From contig OZ253580.1 of the NCBI GenBank assembly GCA_965263035.1, forward strand, positions 4,704,001 through 4,768,000: 64,000 nt of DNA. The letters run 5' to 3'. The first letter of the stretch is position 1; each line of letters starts with the position of its first letter. The translations under genes were made by a program, and so were the position numbers. Origin of the DNA: Acidobacteriota bacterium (GTDB taxonomy: Bacteria > Acidobacteriota > UBA6911 > RPQK01 > JAJDTT01). This document shows positions 1-10,158 of the stretch, one piece after another. Below the pieces are notes generated by a model. That model did not search any database, was not told the origin of the DNA, and worked only from the letters and a program-made list of their open reading frames with translations.

Positions 1-2496
1 CATCCCAGCCTCTTCGTCCGGCTCTGGGACAATCCGGACCAAGCGCCGTTCCAGGTCCGGGCCGGAGGACAGGACTTCTCCGTGGGACCGGCGGATCTGC
101 CGTTGTTCCATCCCGGGTCCCGGCTCGGAGATCGAGTGCGCGTGGAGCGGGTGCCTCCGGCGGCTCAGGTGGCTCGGGAGCGGACCGGCCAGCAGGACTA
201 TCCGGCCCTCATGGCCACCCCTTCGGGAGACCTCTGGGCCGCATGGCAGGAGTATGACGAGCGCCATCACGATTCGGTCTGCGTCCGGCGCAAGCAGGGG
301 GATGCCTGGGGACCGGTCTGGGTCCTGGCCCGGGAGGCGGACGTGTTTCGCACCGCTCTGGCGTACGACTCAGACGGCGGGGTCTGGGCTATCTGGTCCA
401 TGCAGGTGGAGGGGAACTGGGATCTGTACGCCCGCCGCCATGACGGCGGGGGCTGGTCCGGTCTTCACCGGCTGACCAGGGAGGCGGGTCCCGACATCTA
501 TCACCGGGCCGTCACCGACCAGTCGGGGAACCTCTGGCTGATCTGGCAGAAGGTCATCGAGGGACGGAGCCAGATCGTGGCCCGGAGCTACGACGGCTCC
601 GGGTGGAGTGACACGGTCCAGCTCAGTGAGGGTGTTTCCGCCGAAGGGAACAACTGGACCCCGTCGGTGGCTGCCGGCGAATCGGGGTCGGTGGCCGTGG
701 CCTGGGACGGGTATGCGGCAGGGAACTACGACGTTTACCTGAGGCGATACTCTGCCGGCGAGTGGCAGCCGGTCCAGGTGGTGGCGGGGACCGAGCGCTT
801 CGAGGCGGCCCCGACGGTTGCCGTGGACCCGCAGGACCGCATCTGGGTGGCCTGGCACGAGTCGGGCACCGAGTGGGGCAAGGACACGGGCCGTTTGGTT
901 CAACGCAAGGGGACGGAGCTGAGGGAGTCCCGTTGGTTGGGCCTGGCCTGCGTGGACGGCGAGCGACTGCTCACCACGGCGCATCCCCTGGGCGATCGCC
1001 TGGATGCGGCCCGCGAGTGGGAGCTTCCCCATCTCCAGATCGACTCGGACGGTCACCCCTGGCTGCTGGTCCGCAACGTCACCAAGCGGGGTCCTGCCGG
1101 GAGGCCTCGGTACTTCCCCATGTGGGAAGTCCACGTCACCCGCTACGACGGTTCCCGGTGGAGTGATCTGGTCCGGGTGCGGCAGAGCAGCGGGCGGAAC
1201 GACATGTCGCCGGCCACGGCTCTCGATGCGGACGGACGCGTCTGGGGCATCTGGGCCACCGACACGCGGAGCGCCAAGTCGGCATTGCCGCAGTATGGGC
1301 GAGTGATGGTCTCCCCCCTGGGATCGAGCCCGGGTCGGAAGACCCTGGCCCTGCAGCCCTGGACGCCGGCCGCGGTCGGTTCGGTGGAGCGGATCCATCC
1401 CGACGAGGCCGAGCAGGTGGAGCGGATCCGCTCCTATCGGGTGGAGGCCGGCGGGAAGACCTACTTCATCTACCGGGGCGACACCCACCGGCACACGGAC
1501 ATCTCTCTGGACGGGGGCGGCGACGGCGGTCTGCTGGACGCCTACCGGTACGCGCGGGACGCCGCCGCCATGGACTTTCTGGGAACCTCGGACCACAATC
1601 ACGAAGTGGCCGAGCCGTACGCTTGGTGGCGGACCCAGAAGTTCGCCGATCTGTTCCAGCTCGAAGACAATTTCACCGCGTTCTATGCCTACGAGCGCTC
1701 GGTGCAGTTTCCCAACGGTCACCGGAACGTCCTCTTCACCCAGCGCGGAAACAATATCCTGGAAGTGCTCACGGCGGAACGCATGGGTCTGGACGGGGCC
1801 GAGCGCCTCTTCGGTTACCTGCGTCGGACCGGGGGCACCTCCATCCCCCACACCATCGCCACCGGGGCCGGAACCGACTGGCGGGACTCCGATCCCGAGG
1901 TGGAGACGCTGCTGGAGATCTACCAGGGCATGCGCGACACCTACGAGCATCCGGGGTCCCCTCGTCCCAAGACGCTGGAGCCCACGCCGACGCTCCAGGA
2001 AAACAATTCGCCTTCCCGCCGCGACGGCACCGCGTGGAGCGCTCTGGAGAAGGGTCTCAAGCTGGGTTTCATCGCCTCTTCGGATCACCTTTCGACCCAC
2101 ATCAGCTATGCCTGTCTCATCGCGGAGCGCCTGACCCGGGAGGGTCTGATGGAGGCCATACGCGCCCGCCGGGCCTATGGCGCCACCGACAACATCGTGC
2201 TGGACGTTCGGTTCGTGGGGTCCGGCGGAGAGCATCTGATGGGGGAGATCTTCACCAGTTCTCAGCCGGTGAGAATCCAGGCGACCATACTGGGAACCGG
2301 GATTATCAAGCGGGTGGACCTGATCAAGGACAACCGGGTCCTCTACTCGGTGGAACCCGGTCAGACCACGTTCCGTCTGGACTTCGCGGACGGCGACGCG
2401 GCCGACTCGGGTGAGAGCTACTACTACATTCGGGTCCTGCAGGAGGACGGCGAGATCGCCTGGGGCTCTCCGGCCTGGGTGACCTACGAAATGTAG
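1..2496 (+). CDS. Large protein, 5'-truncated by the window: N-terminal beta-propeller-like repeats plus C-terminal PHP/DUF3604-like (CehA/McbA-type) metallohydrolase domain
   Basis: Frame open from base 1; repeated W-x-x-W / DxxGxxW blades; PHP-like motifs GDTHRHT, SDH, GHRN, PHT, ASSDH and terminal AWGSP. Confidence 0.65.
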   Translation, partial: HPSLFVRLWDNPDQAPFQVRAGGQDFSVGPADLPLFHPGSRLGDRVRVERVPPAAQVARERTGQQDYPALMATPSGDLWAAWQEYDERHHDSVCVRRKQGDAWGPVWVLAREADVFRTALAYDSDGGVWAIWSMQVEGNWDLYARRHDGGGWSGLHRLTREAGPDIYHRAVTDQSGNLWLIWQKVIEGRSQIVARSYDGSGWSDTVQLSEGVSAEGNNWTPSVAAGESGSVAVAWDGYAAGNYDVYLRRYSAGEWQPVQVVAGTERFEAAPTVAVDPQDRIWVAWHESGTEWGKDTGRLVQRKGTELRESRWLGLACVDGERLLTTAHPLGDRLDAAREWELPHLQIDSDGHPWLLVRNVTKRGPAGRPRYFPMWEVHVTRYDGSRWSDLVRVRQSSGRNDMSPATALDADGRVWGIWATDTRSAKSALPQYGRVMVSPLGSSPGRKTLALQPWTPAAVGSVERIHPDEAEQVERIRSYRVEAGGKTYFIYRGDTHRHTDISLDGGGDGGLLDAYRYARDAAAMDFLGTSDHNHEVAEPYAWWRTQKFADLFQLEDNFTAFYAYERSVQFPNGHRNVLFTQRGNNILEVLTAERMGLDGAERLFGYLRRTGGTSIPHTIATGAGTDWRDSDPEVETLLEIYQGMRDTYEHPGSPRPKTLEPTPTLQENNSPSRRDGTAWSALEKGLKLGFIASSDHLSTHISYACLIAERLTREGLMEAIRARRAYGATDNIVLDVRFVGSGGEHLMGEIFTSSQPVRIQATILGTGIIKRVDLIKDNRVLYSVEPGQTTFRLDFADGDAADSGESYYYIRVLQEDGEIAWGSPAWVTYEM

Positions 2497-2531
2497 CCTC
2501 TTCCGCGCGACAGACTTCCAAGGAAATTCCC

Positions 2532-3635
2532 ATGCTGGAAATCGTGGACCGAGGCATCCTCTCTCATGTCCCCGGGCGCGGCGCCTACTTTCCCTGCGTG
2601 AGGCCGCTTCAGGACGGATCCCTGCTGGCGGCGCAGCACGTGGGGAGCGGCTTGTGCTCTCCGGACAATCACATCGAGGTGTTGCGCTCCACCGCTGGGG
2701 GCCGCAGCTGGACCAATGAAGGCAGCATCCACGGCGGTCTCCCGGCGGATGGATGGTGCTACCGGGCGCCCATTATCGCTCCCTTGGAGGATGGCAACCT
2801 GTTGATGGCGGCCGCCCGTTATCTCCTGGACAACGACGAGATGTACAATCCGGCCACCGAGGGATTGAAGCCGACTCAGATGGTCCTTTTCCGCTCTTCC
2901 GATCAGGGCCGATCCTGGTCGGGTCCCGAGGTGGTGCCCAACCCGCTGCCTCCCGAGAAATACGTGAGCAGCCTTTCGGGTCAGCTTCTGATTCTCGCGC
3001 CCGACCGCTGGATGTTTCCGTTCGAGACCTGGAAGCCGGATGGCTACGAGGGGCCGGTGGACCAGAAGGCGGGGGCCGTTTTCTCACCGGATCAGGGACA
3101 GACCTGGGAAGAGTGGTCAGTGGTGGCCGACGACGTGGAGGAACGCCTCCACTACGGTGACCAGATGCAGACTGTGTTGCCGGATGGACGGGTCTACACC
3201 ACCCTCTGGACCCGGACCTGGGGCGTGGGACAGGGAGAGGACGTCAACGATCACTGGGTCGTTTCCGAGGACGCCGGCCGGACCTGGAGCGAACCTCGTC
3301 CCACCAACTTGCAGGGACAGCTCTGTGCCCCCATCGCGCTTCCCGACGGCCGGGTGGCGGCCATCTACAATTTTCGCCGCGAACCCCAGGGGATCCACGT
3401 CGCGATCACCGAAGATCTGGAGAATTACGACGTCGAAAACCAGGCCGTGGTGTTTCGGGCCGGCGAGGAAACCATGACGGCGAAAGCGGTGGACGAGTTC
3501 ATCGACGCCCACCAGAAGATCGCCTTCGGCCGGCCCTGGGGGATCCTCTTGCCGGATGGCGACCTGCTGGTCTACTTCTGGTGCACCGTCGAATCCGTCA
3601 CCCACAACCGCTGGGTCCGGCTCAGGATCTCGTGA
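2532..3635 (+). CDS. Sialidase/BNR (Asp-box) family protein
   Basis: Asp-box motifs STAGGRSW, SSDQGRSW, SPDQGQTW, SEDAGRTW; AAGGA RBS upstream. Confidence 0.75.
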   Translation: MLEIVDRGILSHVPGRGAYFPCVRPLQDGSLLAAQHVGSGLCSPDNHIEVLRSTAGGRSWTNEGSIHGGLPADGWCYRAPIIAPLEDGNLLMAAARYLLDNDEMYNPATEGLKPTQMVLFRSSDQGRSWSGPEVVPNPLPPEKYVSSLSGQLLILAPDRWMFPFETWKPDGYEGPVDQKAGAVFSPDQGQTWEEWSVVADDVEERLHYGDQMQTVLPDGRVYTTLWTRTWGVGQGEDVNDHWVVSEDAGRTWSEPRPTNLQGQLCAPIALPDGRVAAIYNFRREPQGIHVAITEDLENYDVENQAVVFRAGEETMTAKAVDEFIDAHQKIAFGRPWGILLPDGDLLVYFWCTVESVTHNRWVRLRIS

Positions 3636-3746
3636 CGTGCGAATAGATCTCACATGCCAGCCGGTGGGGGAATTCCCACCCGGATTCACATCTTCCAGGA
3701 TTGGGTGCGATCGGTCTCGCGGTCGTCCGTTCCCCGTATTCCGGTT

Positions 3747-3965
3747 TCAGGCGCGCTCACCGGGCTGACGGTCGTCAACGGCTGCCGGAGGCGGGACGGT
3801 GAACCTTTTTCCTTGTTCCTCGGCGGCCATGCGCGCGCGGTTCCAGGATTCCCAGCGCTTGCGCTCTCTGACACGCCCCTCGGCATGCCCCTCGGCATGC
3901 CCCTCAGTACGTCCCTTGGCGAGCCCCTTGGCGTAACGTCGATTGAGATACCATTCCGAAAACAT
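3747..3965 (-). CDS. Small 72-aa protein, stand-alone copy of the C-terminal domain of 4067-4537
   Basis: Near-identical to aa 89-156 of the upstream ORF, with one extra 12-bp EGHA repeat; own purine-rich leader AAGGGCGGGAAAA-ATG. Confidence 0.6.
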   Translation of the reverse strand: MFSEWYLNRRYAKGLAKGRTEGHAEGHAEGRVRERKRWESWNRARMAAEEQGKRFTVPPPAAVDDRQPGERA

Positions 3966-4066
3966 TTTTCCCGCCCTTAAGAAATTCCAAGCGGAAGCCT
4001 GGATACTGTCGGCCGCCTATACTCCTCTGTCGGAGATTAGGGTCCGGTTGGAATCTGAAGAATCTT

Positions 4067-4537
4067 TCACGCGCGCTCACCGGTCTGATGATCGTCAGCG
4101 GCTGCAGGAGGTAGCTTGGTGAAACTTTTTCCTTGTTCCTCGGCGGCCATGCGCGCGCGGTTCCAGGATTCCCAGCGCTTGCGCTCTCTGACACGCCCCT
4201 CGGCATGCCCCTCAGTACGTCCCTTGGCGAGCCCCTTGGCGTAACGTCGATTCAGATACCATTCCGAAAACATCCTACCCACCTCCACGGAAACCACGCT
4301 CCAGGCGGCGACCACGACGACCACGGGAGACAGCCCTCGCGCGATGGCGAGGAACGTTTCCATGTTGCCGTCCTTCGTCCCACTGGCTACCTCATGCCAG
4401 ACGACCAGAGTCGTGGTCACGATAACAAGTGCCACAAAGAGTTTGAAGTAGGTGTCCCGCCATGTCGCCGGGACGCTCCAAATCGACTCTCTGTACCTCA
4501 CCGATTCCTTCTCCATCCCGTGACCGAGGCGCTTCAA
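4067..4537 (-). CDS. Hypothetical protein: two TM helices plus (E/K)G-x-x repeat C-terminal tail
   Basis: Hydrophobic segments LFVALVIVTTTLVVW and PVVVVVAAWSVVSV; tail KGLAKGRTEGHAEGRVRE; start could be the ATG of MEKES. Confidence 0.65.
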   Translation of the reverse strand: MKRLGHGMEKESVRYRESIWSVPATWRDTYFKLFVALVIVTTTLVVWHEVASGTKDGNMETFLAIARGLSPVVVVVAAWSVVSVEVGRMFSEWYLNRRYAKGLAKGRTEGHAEGRVRERKRWESWNRARMAAEEQGKSFTKLPPAAADDHQTGERA

Positions 4538-4761
4538 GCCTTCTCCGAAGGCCGATTTGGAGTCGCGGATCTTCGATCTCGGTATTCGTTCCTACTCCCG
4601 GCAGGAGTCCCGTCAAATCTTGCCTACAATCCAGATAACGAATGAATTTAAGAATCTGCAACCGATTCTCCGGTTATCCAATCGGAACCAGTGATTTGCT
4701 CGGACCTGCGATCTATTCTACCGGATGGCGCGTGGTGAAGGTTCTCGCGGAATCGGGACCC

Positions 4762-5508
4762 TCAGCCGGAGGCGGTTCCCAAGAGGGAGGCGGATTCCCG
4801 GTCCAGATAGAGATGGCAATCGGCGTGGGTCCTCAGTATGGATGAGGGGTGCAGCGGAGTGACTTCGCCTTGCACGCAGTTGCGGACCGCCTCGGCCTTG
4901 CGGATGCCGGGAACCGTGCAGACGATGGACCTGGCCTTCAGGATCTGGCGGATGGACATGGAGACCGCCTGGGCCGGCACCTTGTCGATGCTGGCGAACC
5001 ACCCCTCGGAGACCTGCTGCTGCCGGCAGGGGGCGTCGAGGGTGACCAGGATATAGGGCTCCTCGGTCTCGAAATCGGCGGGCGGATCGTTGAAGGCCAG
5101 GTGGCCGTTCTCTCCGATGCCGATGAAGGCGACGTCGATCGGGCCCTCTTGGATGAGATCTGAGATCCGATGGCATTCGGCCTGAGGGTCGGGCGCCTCG
5201 CCCCGGATGAAGTGGACCTCTCCCGGATGCACCCGATTCACCAGGCGTTTCCGGAGATAGCGGCGGAAGCTGGCGGGGTGGGTTTCGGAGATCCCGGTGT
5301 ACTCGTCCAAGTGAAACATGGTCGTGCGGGACCAGTCGATCGATCGATCCGCGGTGAGTGCCGCCATGAAGTCGAACTGCGAGCTGCCCGTGGCCACGCA
5401 GAATCTGGCGGTCCCCTGCCGGTCGATGGCCTCCCGCAGTTTGGCTGAGGCCCTGGCGGCGGCGGCTTGGCTGGTGGTGGCCTTGTCCTTCTGTCGAACG
5501 ATCTCCAT
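4762..5508 (-). CDS. nagB: Glucosamine-6-phosphate deaminase
   Basis: Motifs ATGSS, FHLDEY, GIGENGHLAFNDP, P-x-S-x-L-x-x-H. Confidence 0.8.
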   Translation of the reverse strand: MEIVRQKDKATTSQAAAARASAKLREAIDRQGTARFCVATGSSQFDFMAALTADRSIDWSRTTMFHLDEYTGISETHPASFRRYLRKRLVNRVHPGEVHFIRGEAPDPQAECHRISDLIQEGPIDVAFIGIGENGHLAFNDPPADFETEEPYILVTLDAPCRQQQVSEGWFASIDKVPAQAVSMSIRQILKARSIVCTVPGIRKAEAVRNCVQGEVTPLHPSSILRTHADCHLYLDRESASLLGTASG

Positions 5509-5693
5509 GGGACTCCCCCCGTTGCACCCAGTTGCGATGCGTGCCCCCCCGAGGGACCGAATCCCTCACGCCCAGTCTACTACTCGGGGCCGCTCGCGGC
5601 ACTTCCAACAACCCGGTTCATCTGTGATGATATGAACTCGGCCCCGCTATCGGCAGCGGACCCGGAACCGAAGGGCGCGAAAGGAAACAGGAC

Positions 5694-6428
5694 ATGAACC
5701 GATCTGAAATGCTGAAAGAACTCAAGAATTTCGACACCCCCTCCATCACCAACGTGGTGGCCACGTATCCCGACCATCCCTTGTGCCTGGGGCTCTACAA
5801 TCCCTGGTCCACGAACTGGTACACGGACCAGTCGATTCGCTGCATGTATCCCGAATTGGGCCGGACCGTGGGTTACGCTGTCACCTGCATCTTCGGGCTC
5901 CCCGATCCCAACTACAAGCAACTGACCTTCATCGACGTGCTGGAGGCCATGGAGGCGTCCGAGCAGCCCACGGTCCTGATCTTCCAGCAGAATTTCCCGC
6001 CCGAAATTGCCGGCAAGGTGGGCCTGTCGGGAGGCAACATGACTTCCGCCCTCAAGGCCATCGGCTGCGTGGCGGCCATCTCCAACGGTCCGTCCCGAGA
6101 TCTGGACGAGATCCGTCCCATGAAATTCCAGTATCTGCTCAGCGGGGCCACTCCCGGCCACGGCCCCACGGCCCTCCACGCCGTCAACGTGCCGGTGACG
6201 GTGGCGGGCATGGACGTTTCGCCCGGCGAGATCATCCACATGGACGAAAACGGCGCCTGCAAGTTCCCCGCGGACAAGCTTGATGCGGTGCTGATGAACG
6301 TCCGGGCCATGCAGCAGGAAGAGGAGTCGCGAATGGCACGGTTGCAGGCAGCGGGCAGCGCCGCCGAGATCCGTGAGATCTTCAGCCGCCACGTCTACGG
6401 GGAGAAGCAGGAAGACGGCGGCGAATGA
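5694..6428 (+). CDS. RraA/HMG-aldolase family protein
   Basis: Motifs DTPSITN, VGYAVT, GGNM, NGPSRDLDE, VSPGEIIHMDENG. Confidence 0.8.
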   Translation: MNRSEMLKELKNFDTPSITNVVATYPDHPLCLGLYNPWSTNWYTDQSIRCMYPELGRTVGYAVTCIFGLPDPNYKQLTFIDVLEAMEASEQPTVLIFQQNFPPEIAGKVGLSGGNMTSALKAIGCVAAISNGPSRDLDEIRPMKFQYLLSGATPGHGPTALHAVNVPVTVAGMDVSPGEIIHMDENGACKFPADKLDAVLMNVRAMQQEEESRMARLQAAGSAAEIREIFSRHVYGEKQEDGGE

Positions 6429-7171
6429 ATTCGGGGCCTGACCGAAACGGCGATTGGACCAACCGGCTCCGCTGTTCGATTCTGACGTTTCTGAGCGTCG
6501 GCCTCCTGTGCGGATGCGGCGGTCCGACCTCCAGCGAGGAGCCCGGTTTCGTGTCCATCTTCGACGGCGAGAGTCTCGAGGGTTGGCGCGCCGCCGGGGG
6601 CGGGACGAGCCGGGACTGGTCCGTTCAGGATGGTCGACTGGTCGGAATCTGCCTGGGGAGGTCTTCTTACCTGCTCTGGAAGGACCAGGAACTGCGCGAC
6701 TTCGAGCTTGAGCTGAGCTACCGGCTGCTGACCGAGGCCAACACCGGGATCGACATCCGGTCCCGGGTCGACGTGACCGGGAAGCGCCCGTTCGAGAGCT
6801 ACCACGCCGACCTGGGTCACGTAGGCATTGGAAAGAACATACTGGGCTCCTGGGATTTCCACTTCGGCTCCCGCCCCGAACCCGACAATCCCCGCGGGAC
6901 CCGGCTGGTCATCGGGGCCGACGAGACCCCGCAGTTGACCGCTATCGAAGATCCGCTGACACTGGATCATGTGAACCGCCGCCCCGAATGGAATCGGGTC
7001 CACGTCATCGCCCGCGGCAACCACTGCCGGTTTTTCATCAACGGCAAGCTGTCGTCCGAATTCACCGACAACGCCGAGTCCGGACGTCTGGAGGAGGGCG
7101 GCATTGCATTGCAACTTCACGACCCGGGAGTCCACGTGGAGTTCAAGGACATCCGGCTCAAGAGATTGTGA
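6425..7171 (+). CDS. DUF1080 (3-keto-disaccharide hydrolase-like) lipoprotein
   Basis: Lipobox-like LLCGC; IFDGESLEGW, DFELEL, EWN, GGIALQLH, VEFKDI; ATGA overlap with the previous gene. Confidence 0.8.
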   Translation: MNSGPDRNGDWTNRLRCSILTFLSVGLLCGCGGPTSSEEPGFVSIFDGESLEGWRAAGGGTSRDWSVQDGRLVGICLGRSSYLLWKDQELRDFELELSYRLLTEANTGIDIRSRVDVTGKRPFESYHADLGHVGIGKNILGSWDFHFGSRPEPDNPRGTRLVIGADETPQLTAIEDPLTLDHVNRRPEWNRVHVIARGNHCRFFINGKLSSEFTDNAESGRLEEGGIALQLHDPGVHVEFKDIRLKRL

Positions 7172-7197
7172 CCGGGAGTCGCCAGGAGGAAAGAATT

Positions 7198-8211
7198 ATG
7201 AACAGAAGGTATTTCATGGTGCAGGCCGTTGCCCTGGGGAGCATTTTGGGCCTCTCCTGGTGGTTGACCGAATCCGGCGGAACCATCTCGGGGAGTGCTG
7301 CTGCACCGGATAAGGTGAACTTGGCCGTTGGTTATCAGGTCGACCCGGAATGGCCCCGTAAGCCCGCCGGTCTCGAATGGGGACAGATGCCCGGTCTGTA
7401 CGTCGATGCCAAGGACCAGGTCTGGATCTTCCATCGGGGTAAGGATCCCGTCCAGGTCTACGGGCAGGACGGGTCCCTGGTCCGATCCTGGGAAGACAAG
7501 GGCTTCAAGAGTGCCCACCATATGAAGATCGGGCCTGAGGGAAACGTCTGGCTGGCGGACGCCGGCGCCCACGCGGTCTACAAGTTCACGCCCGAGGGTA
7601 AGCTGCTCATGACCCTGGGCACTCCGGGCGAGGCGGGAGAGGACGGCCGCCACTTCAACCGTCCCACCGATATGGCCATCACGCCCGCCGGGGACATTTT
7701 CGTCACCGACGGCTACGGAAACAGCCGGGTCGTCCACTTCGACGCCGACGGCCGTTTCGTCAGGACTTGGGGAAAGTTGGGAACGGCTCCGGGCGAATTC
7801 GACACGCCCCACGGCATCGTCGTGGACTCCAAGGGCCGTCTCTATGTTGCGGACCGCAGCAACGCCCGGGTCCAGGTCTTCGAGTCCGACGGCCGCTTCC
7901 TGGCCGAGTGGCGGAACCTCCTGGTGCCCTGGGGGCTCTGGGTGACCAAGACCGACGAAATCTACGCCTGCGGGTCCTCGCCCATGCGGTGGGGAAGCGG
8001 TGGCCGCTTGGGCGCCCCGCCCAAGGACCAGATCCTCATGAAGTTCAACACGGAAGGCCGGGTCCTAGAGCACTGGACCTTTCCCCTGAGCGCGATGGGG
8101 AAGCCGGGCTCGTTGAACTGGGTCCATGCCGTCGCCGTCGACTCCAAGGGGGACGTCTACCTGGGCGACATCCAAGGCAGCCGGGTCCAGCGGATGGTGC
8201 GCCTGAACTAG
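7198..8211 (+). CDS. NHL-repeat protein (peptidyl-alpha-hydroxyglycine alpha-amidating lyase-like)
   Basis: NHL repeats (FNRPTDMA, VTDGYGNSRV, FDTPHGI, VADRSNARVQVF); AGGAGG RBS before ATG 7198. Confidence 0.8.
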   Translation: MNRRYFMVQAVALGSILGLSWWLTESGGTISGSAAAPDKVNLAVGYQVDPEWPRKPAGLEWGQMPGLYVDAKDQVWIFHRGKDPVQVYGQDGSLVRSWEDKGFKSAHHMKIGPEGNVWLADAGAHAVYKFTPEGKLLMTLGTPGEAGEDGRHFNRPTDMAITPAGDIFVTDGYGNSRVVHFDADGRFVRTWGKLGTAPGEFDTPHGIVVDSKGRLYVADRSNARVQVFESDGRFLAEWRNLLVPWGLWVTKTDEIYACGSSPMRWGSGGRLGAPPKDQILMKFNTEGRVLEHWTFPLSAMGKPGSLNWVHAVAVDSKGDVYLGDIQGSRVQRMVRLN

Positions 8212-8220
8212 GAGGGGGTT

Positions 8221-8341
8221 GGAGGGGCGATTTCCAGTCGCCCGTTTCCCCATGTTTCGTCGGGAGTTCGGCGGTTGGAAACCGCCGCTCCCATCGGCGA
8301 CTAGGAAATCGCCGCTCCTGTCGGCGGTTGGGAAATCGCCG
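8221..8341. repeat. Cluster of four GGAG-type REP-like palindromes between convergent genes
   Basis: GGAGGGGCGATTTCCAGTCGCCC, CGGCGGTTGGAAACCGCCGCTCC, CGGCGACTAGGAAATCGCCGCTCC, CGGCGGTTGGGAAATCGCCG. Confidence 0.8.
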
Positions 8342-8344
8342 TTT

Positions 8345-9943
8345 CTAAGCCGGACCCGCCTGCCGAATGCTGGCCGAGGTCCCCTGCTCGAATTTCCTGA
8401 AGTTGGCCTTGAAGAGTCCGGCCAGCTCCCGAGCCTTGCTGCGGTAGGCCCCACGGTCCGGCCAGGTCCGCTCCGGCACCATCAGCTCGTGGGGAACACC
8501 CGGACATTCGGTGATCATGTCGAAGCCGAAGTGGCTGTCCCGTACTGCCGGCGCCTGGTCCAGACTGCCGTCGTGGATCCCGTCGATAATGGCCCGCGTG
8601 TGGGGCAGCGAGAATCGGCTTCCGACACCGTAGGGACCTCCCGACCAACCGGTGTTCACCAGCCAGACCCGGGCCTGGTGGCGCTGGATCTTCTCACCCA
8701 TCAGTTCGGCATACCGGCTTGGGTGCAACGCCAGAAACGCCGCTCCGAAGCAGGCCGAGAAGGTGGCACTGGGTTCGGTGACCCCCACTTCGGTCCCCGC
8801 CACCTTGGCGGTGTAGCCGCTGATGAAATGGTACATGGCCTGGTCCGGATTCAGGCGGCTGACGGGAGGAAGTACGCCGAAGGCGTCGCAGGTCAGGAAG
8901 ATGACGTTTCTCGGATGCCCGACTTGGCACGGGATCACCGCGTTGGGAATGAAATCGATGGGATAGGCCGCGCGCGTGTTCTCCGTGACGGAGTTGTCGT
9001 CGTAGTCGACCTGACGCCGGTCCGGATCGTAGACCACGTTTTCCAGGACCGTGCCGTAGCGGATGGCCCGGTAGATCTCGGGCTCGTTCTCCTCGGTGAG
9101 GCCGATGCACTTGGCGTAGCAGCCTCCCTCGATGTTGAAGACGCCCCGGTCGCTCCAGACGTGCTCGTCGTCTCCCACGAGCCGGCGGCGCGGGTCGGCC
9201 GAAAGCGTGGTCTTGCCGGTTCCGGAGAGCCCGAAGAAGAGGGCGACGTTGTCCAGTTCGGCGGAGGTGTTGGCCGAACAGTGCATCGAGAGCTGCCCCG
9301 CCATGGGCATCAGGTAGTGCATCACGGTGAAGACGCCCTTTTTCATCTCTCCGGCGTACTCGGTTCCCAGGATCACCATCTCCCGGCGTTCGAAGCTCAG
9401 GTCGATACTGGTCTTGGAGGTCATTTCCTCGGTGTGGAGGTTGGCCGGGAAGTGGCCGGCGTTGTAGATCATGAAGTCCGGTTCGCCGAACTCTTCCAGC
9501 TCCTTCTCCGAGGGCCGGATCATCATGTTGTACATGAACAGGGCGTGGTAGGCGCGAGTGCAGATGACCCGGATCTTGAGGCGGTAACGAGGATCCCAAC
9601 CGGCGTAACCGTCGGTGACGTACAGCCGCTCGCGGGTGTTGAGGTAGTCGACGGCCCGCTCCAGGTTGATCAGGAAGTTGTTCTCCTGGAGCGGAACGTT
9701 GACGGAACCCCACCAGATCCGGTCTCTCGAATCAGGATGAACGGCGACTCGCTTGTCGCCCGGGCTGCGTCCCGTCTTGGCGCCCGAGGAGATGATCAAG
9801 GCCCCGGAATCGGCGATCGCCGAACCCCGGTCGTAATTCAGGGCCTCCTCGTAGAGCTGAGCCGGCGCGATGTTGCGCAGGACTCTTCGAACTTGGATGT
9901 CGTGATCAGTCAGATCGACGTGGTGGTCCAATGGCGGTTTCAT
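8345..9943 (-). CDS. pckA: Phosphoenolpyruvate carboxykinase (ATP)
   Basis: GRSPGDK, YAGEMKKG, MHCSAN, FFGLSGTGKTTLSAD, GDDEH, EGGCYAK, TENTRAAYP. Confidence 0.97.
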   Translation of the reverse strand: MKPPLDHHVDLTDHDIQVRRVLRNIAPAQLYEEALNYDRGSAIADSGALIISSGAKTGRSPGDKRVAVHPDSRDRIWWGSVNVPLQENNFLINLERAVDYLNTRERLYVTDGYAGWDPRYRLKIRVICTRAYHALFMYNMMIRPSEKELEEFGEPDFMIYNAGHFPANLHTEEMTSKTSIDLSFERREMVILGTEYAGEMKKGVFTVMHYLMPMAGQLSMHCSANTSAELDNVALFFGLSGTGKTTLSADPRRRLVGDDEHVWSDRGVFNIEGGCYAKCIGLTEENEPEIYRAIRYGTVLENVVYDPDRRQVDYDDNSVTENTRAAYPIDFIPNAVIPCQVGHPRNVIFLTCDAFGVLPPVSRLNPDQAMYHFISGYTAKVAGTEVGVTEPSATFSACFGAAFLALHPSRYAELMGEKIQRHQARVWLVNTGWSGGPYGVGSRFSLPHTRAIIDGIHDGSLDQAPAVRDSHFGFDMITECPGVPHELMVPERTWPDRGAYRSKARELAGLFKANFRKFEQGTSASIRQAGPA

Positions 9944-10158
9944 CTGAACTTCTCCAAATTTGCCTGCTGCCGGTTTACGGTTTCGCCAAATTCAGAATAA
10001 CGAAGAATGGCGTTGAGTGCCCGGCGTGGCAGGTTCGTGTCTGACTTGTCGGGGCTACCGTGTCTCCATACAATTCCCTCTCGAACCAGATTACCGACCG
10101 GCCTCCGGTCGAGCACCGGGGCCAATGTCCGATCTGAAACCAGGAGGCGCAACCGATC

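Noticed and set aside
3747-4273. Diversity-generating retroelement TR/VR pair
   Set aside because: Differences between the copies are not adenine-specific and no reverse transcriptase is present in the window
8221-8341. Possible mini CRISPR array
   Set aside because: Units are variable palindromes with only 3-25 nt between them, there are no unique spacers of constant length and no cas genes; better explained as REPs
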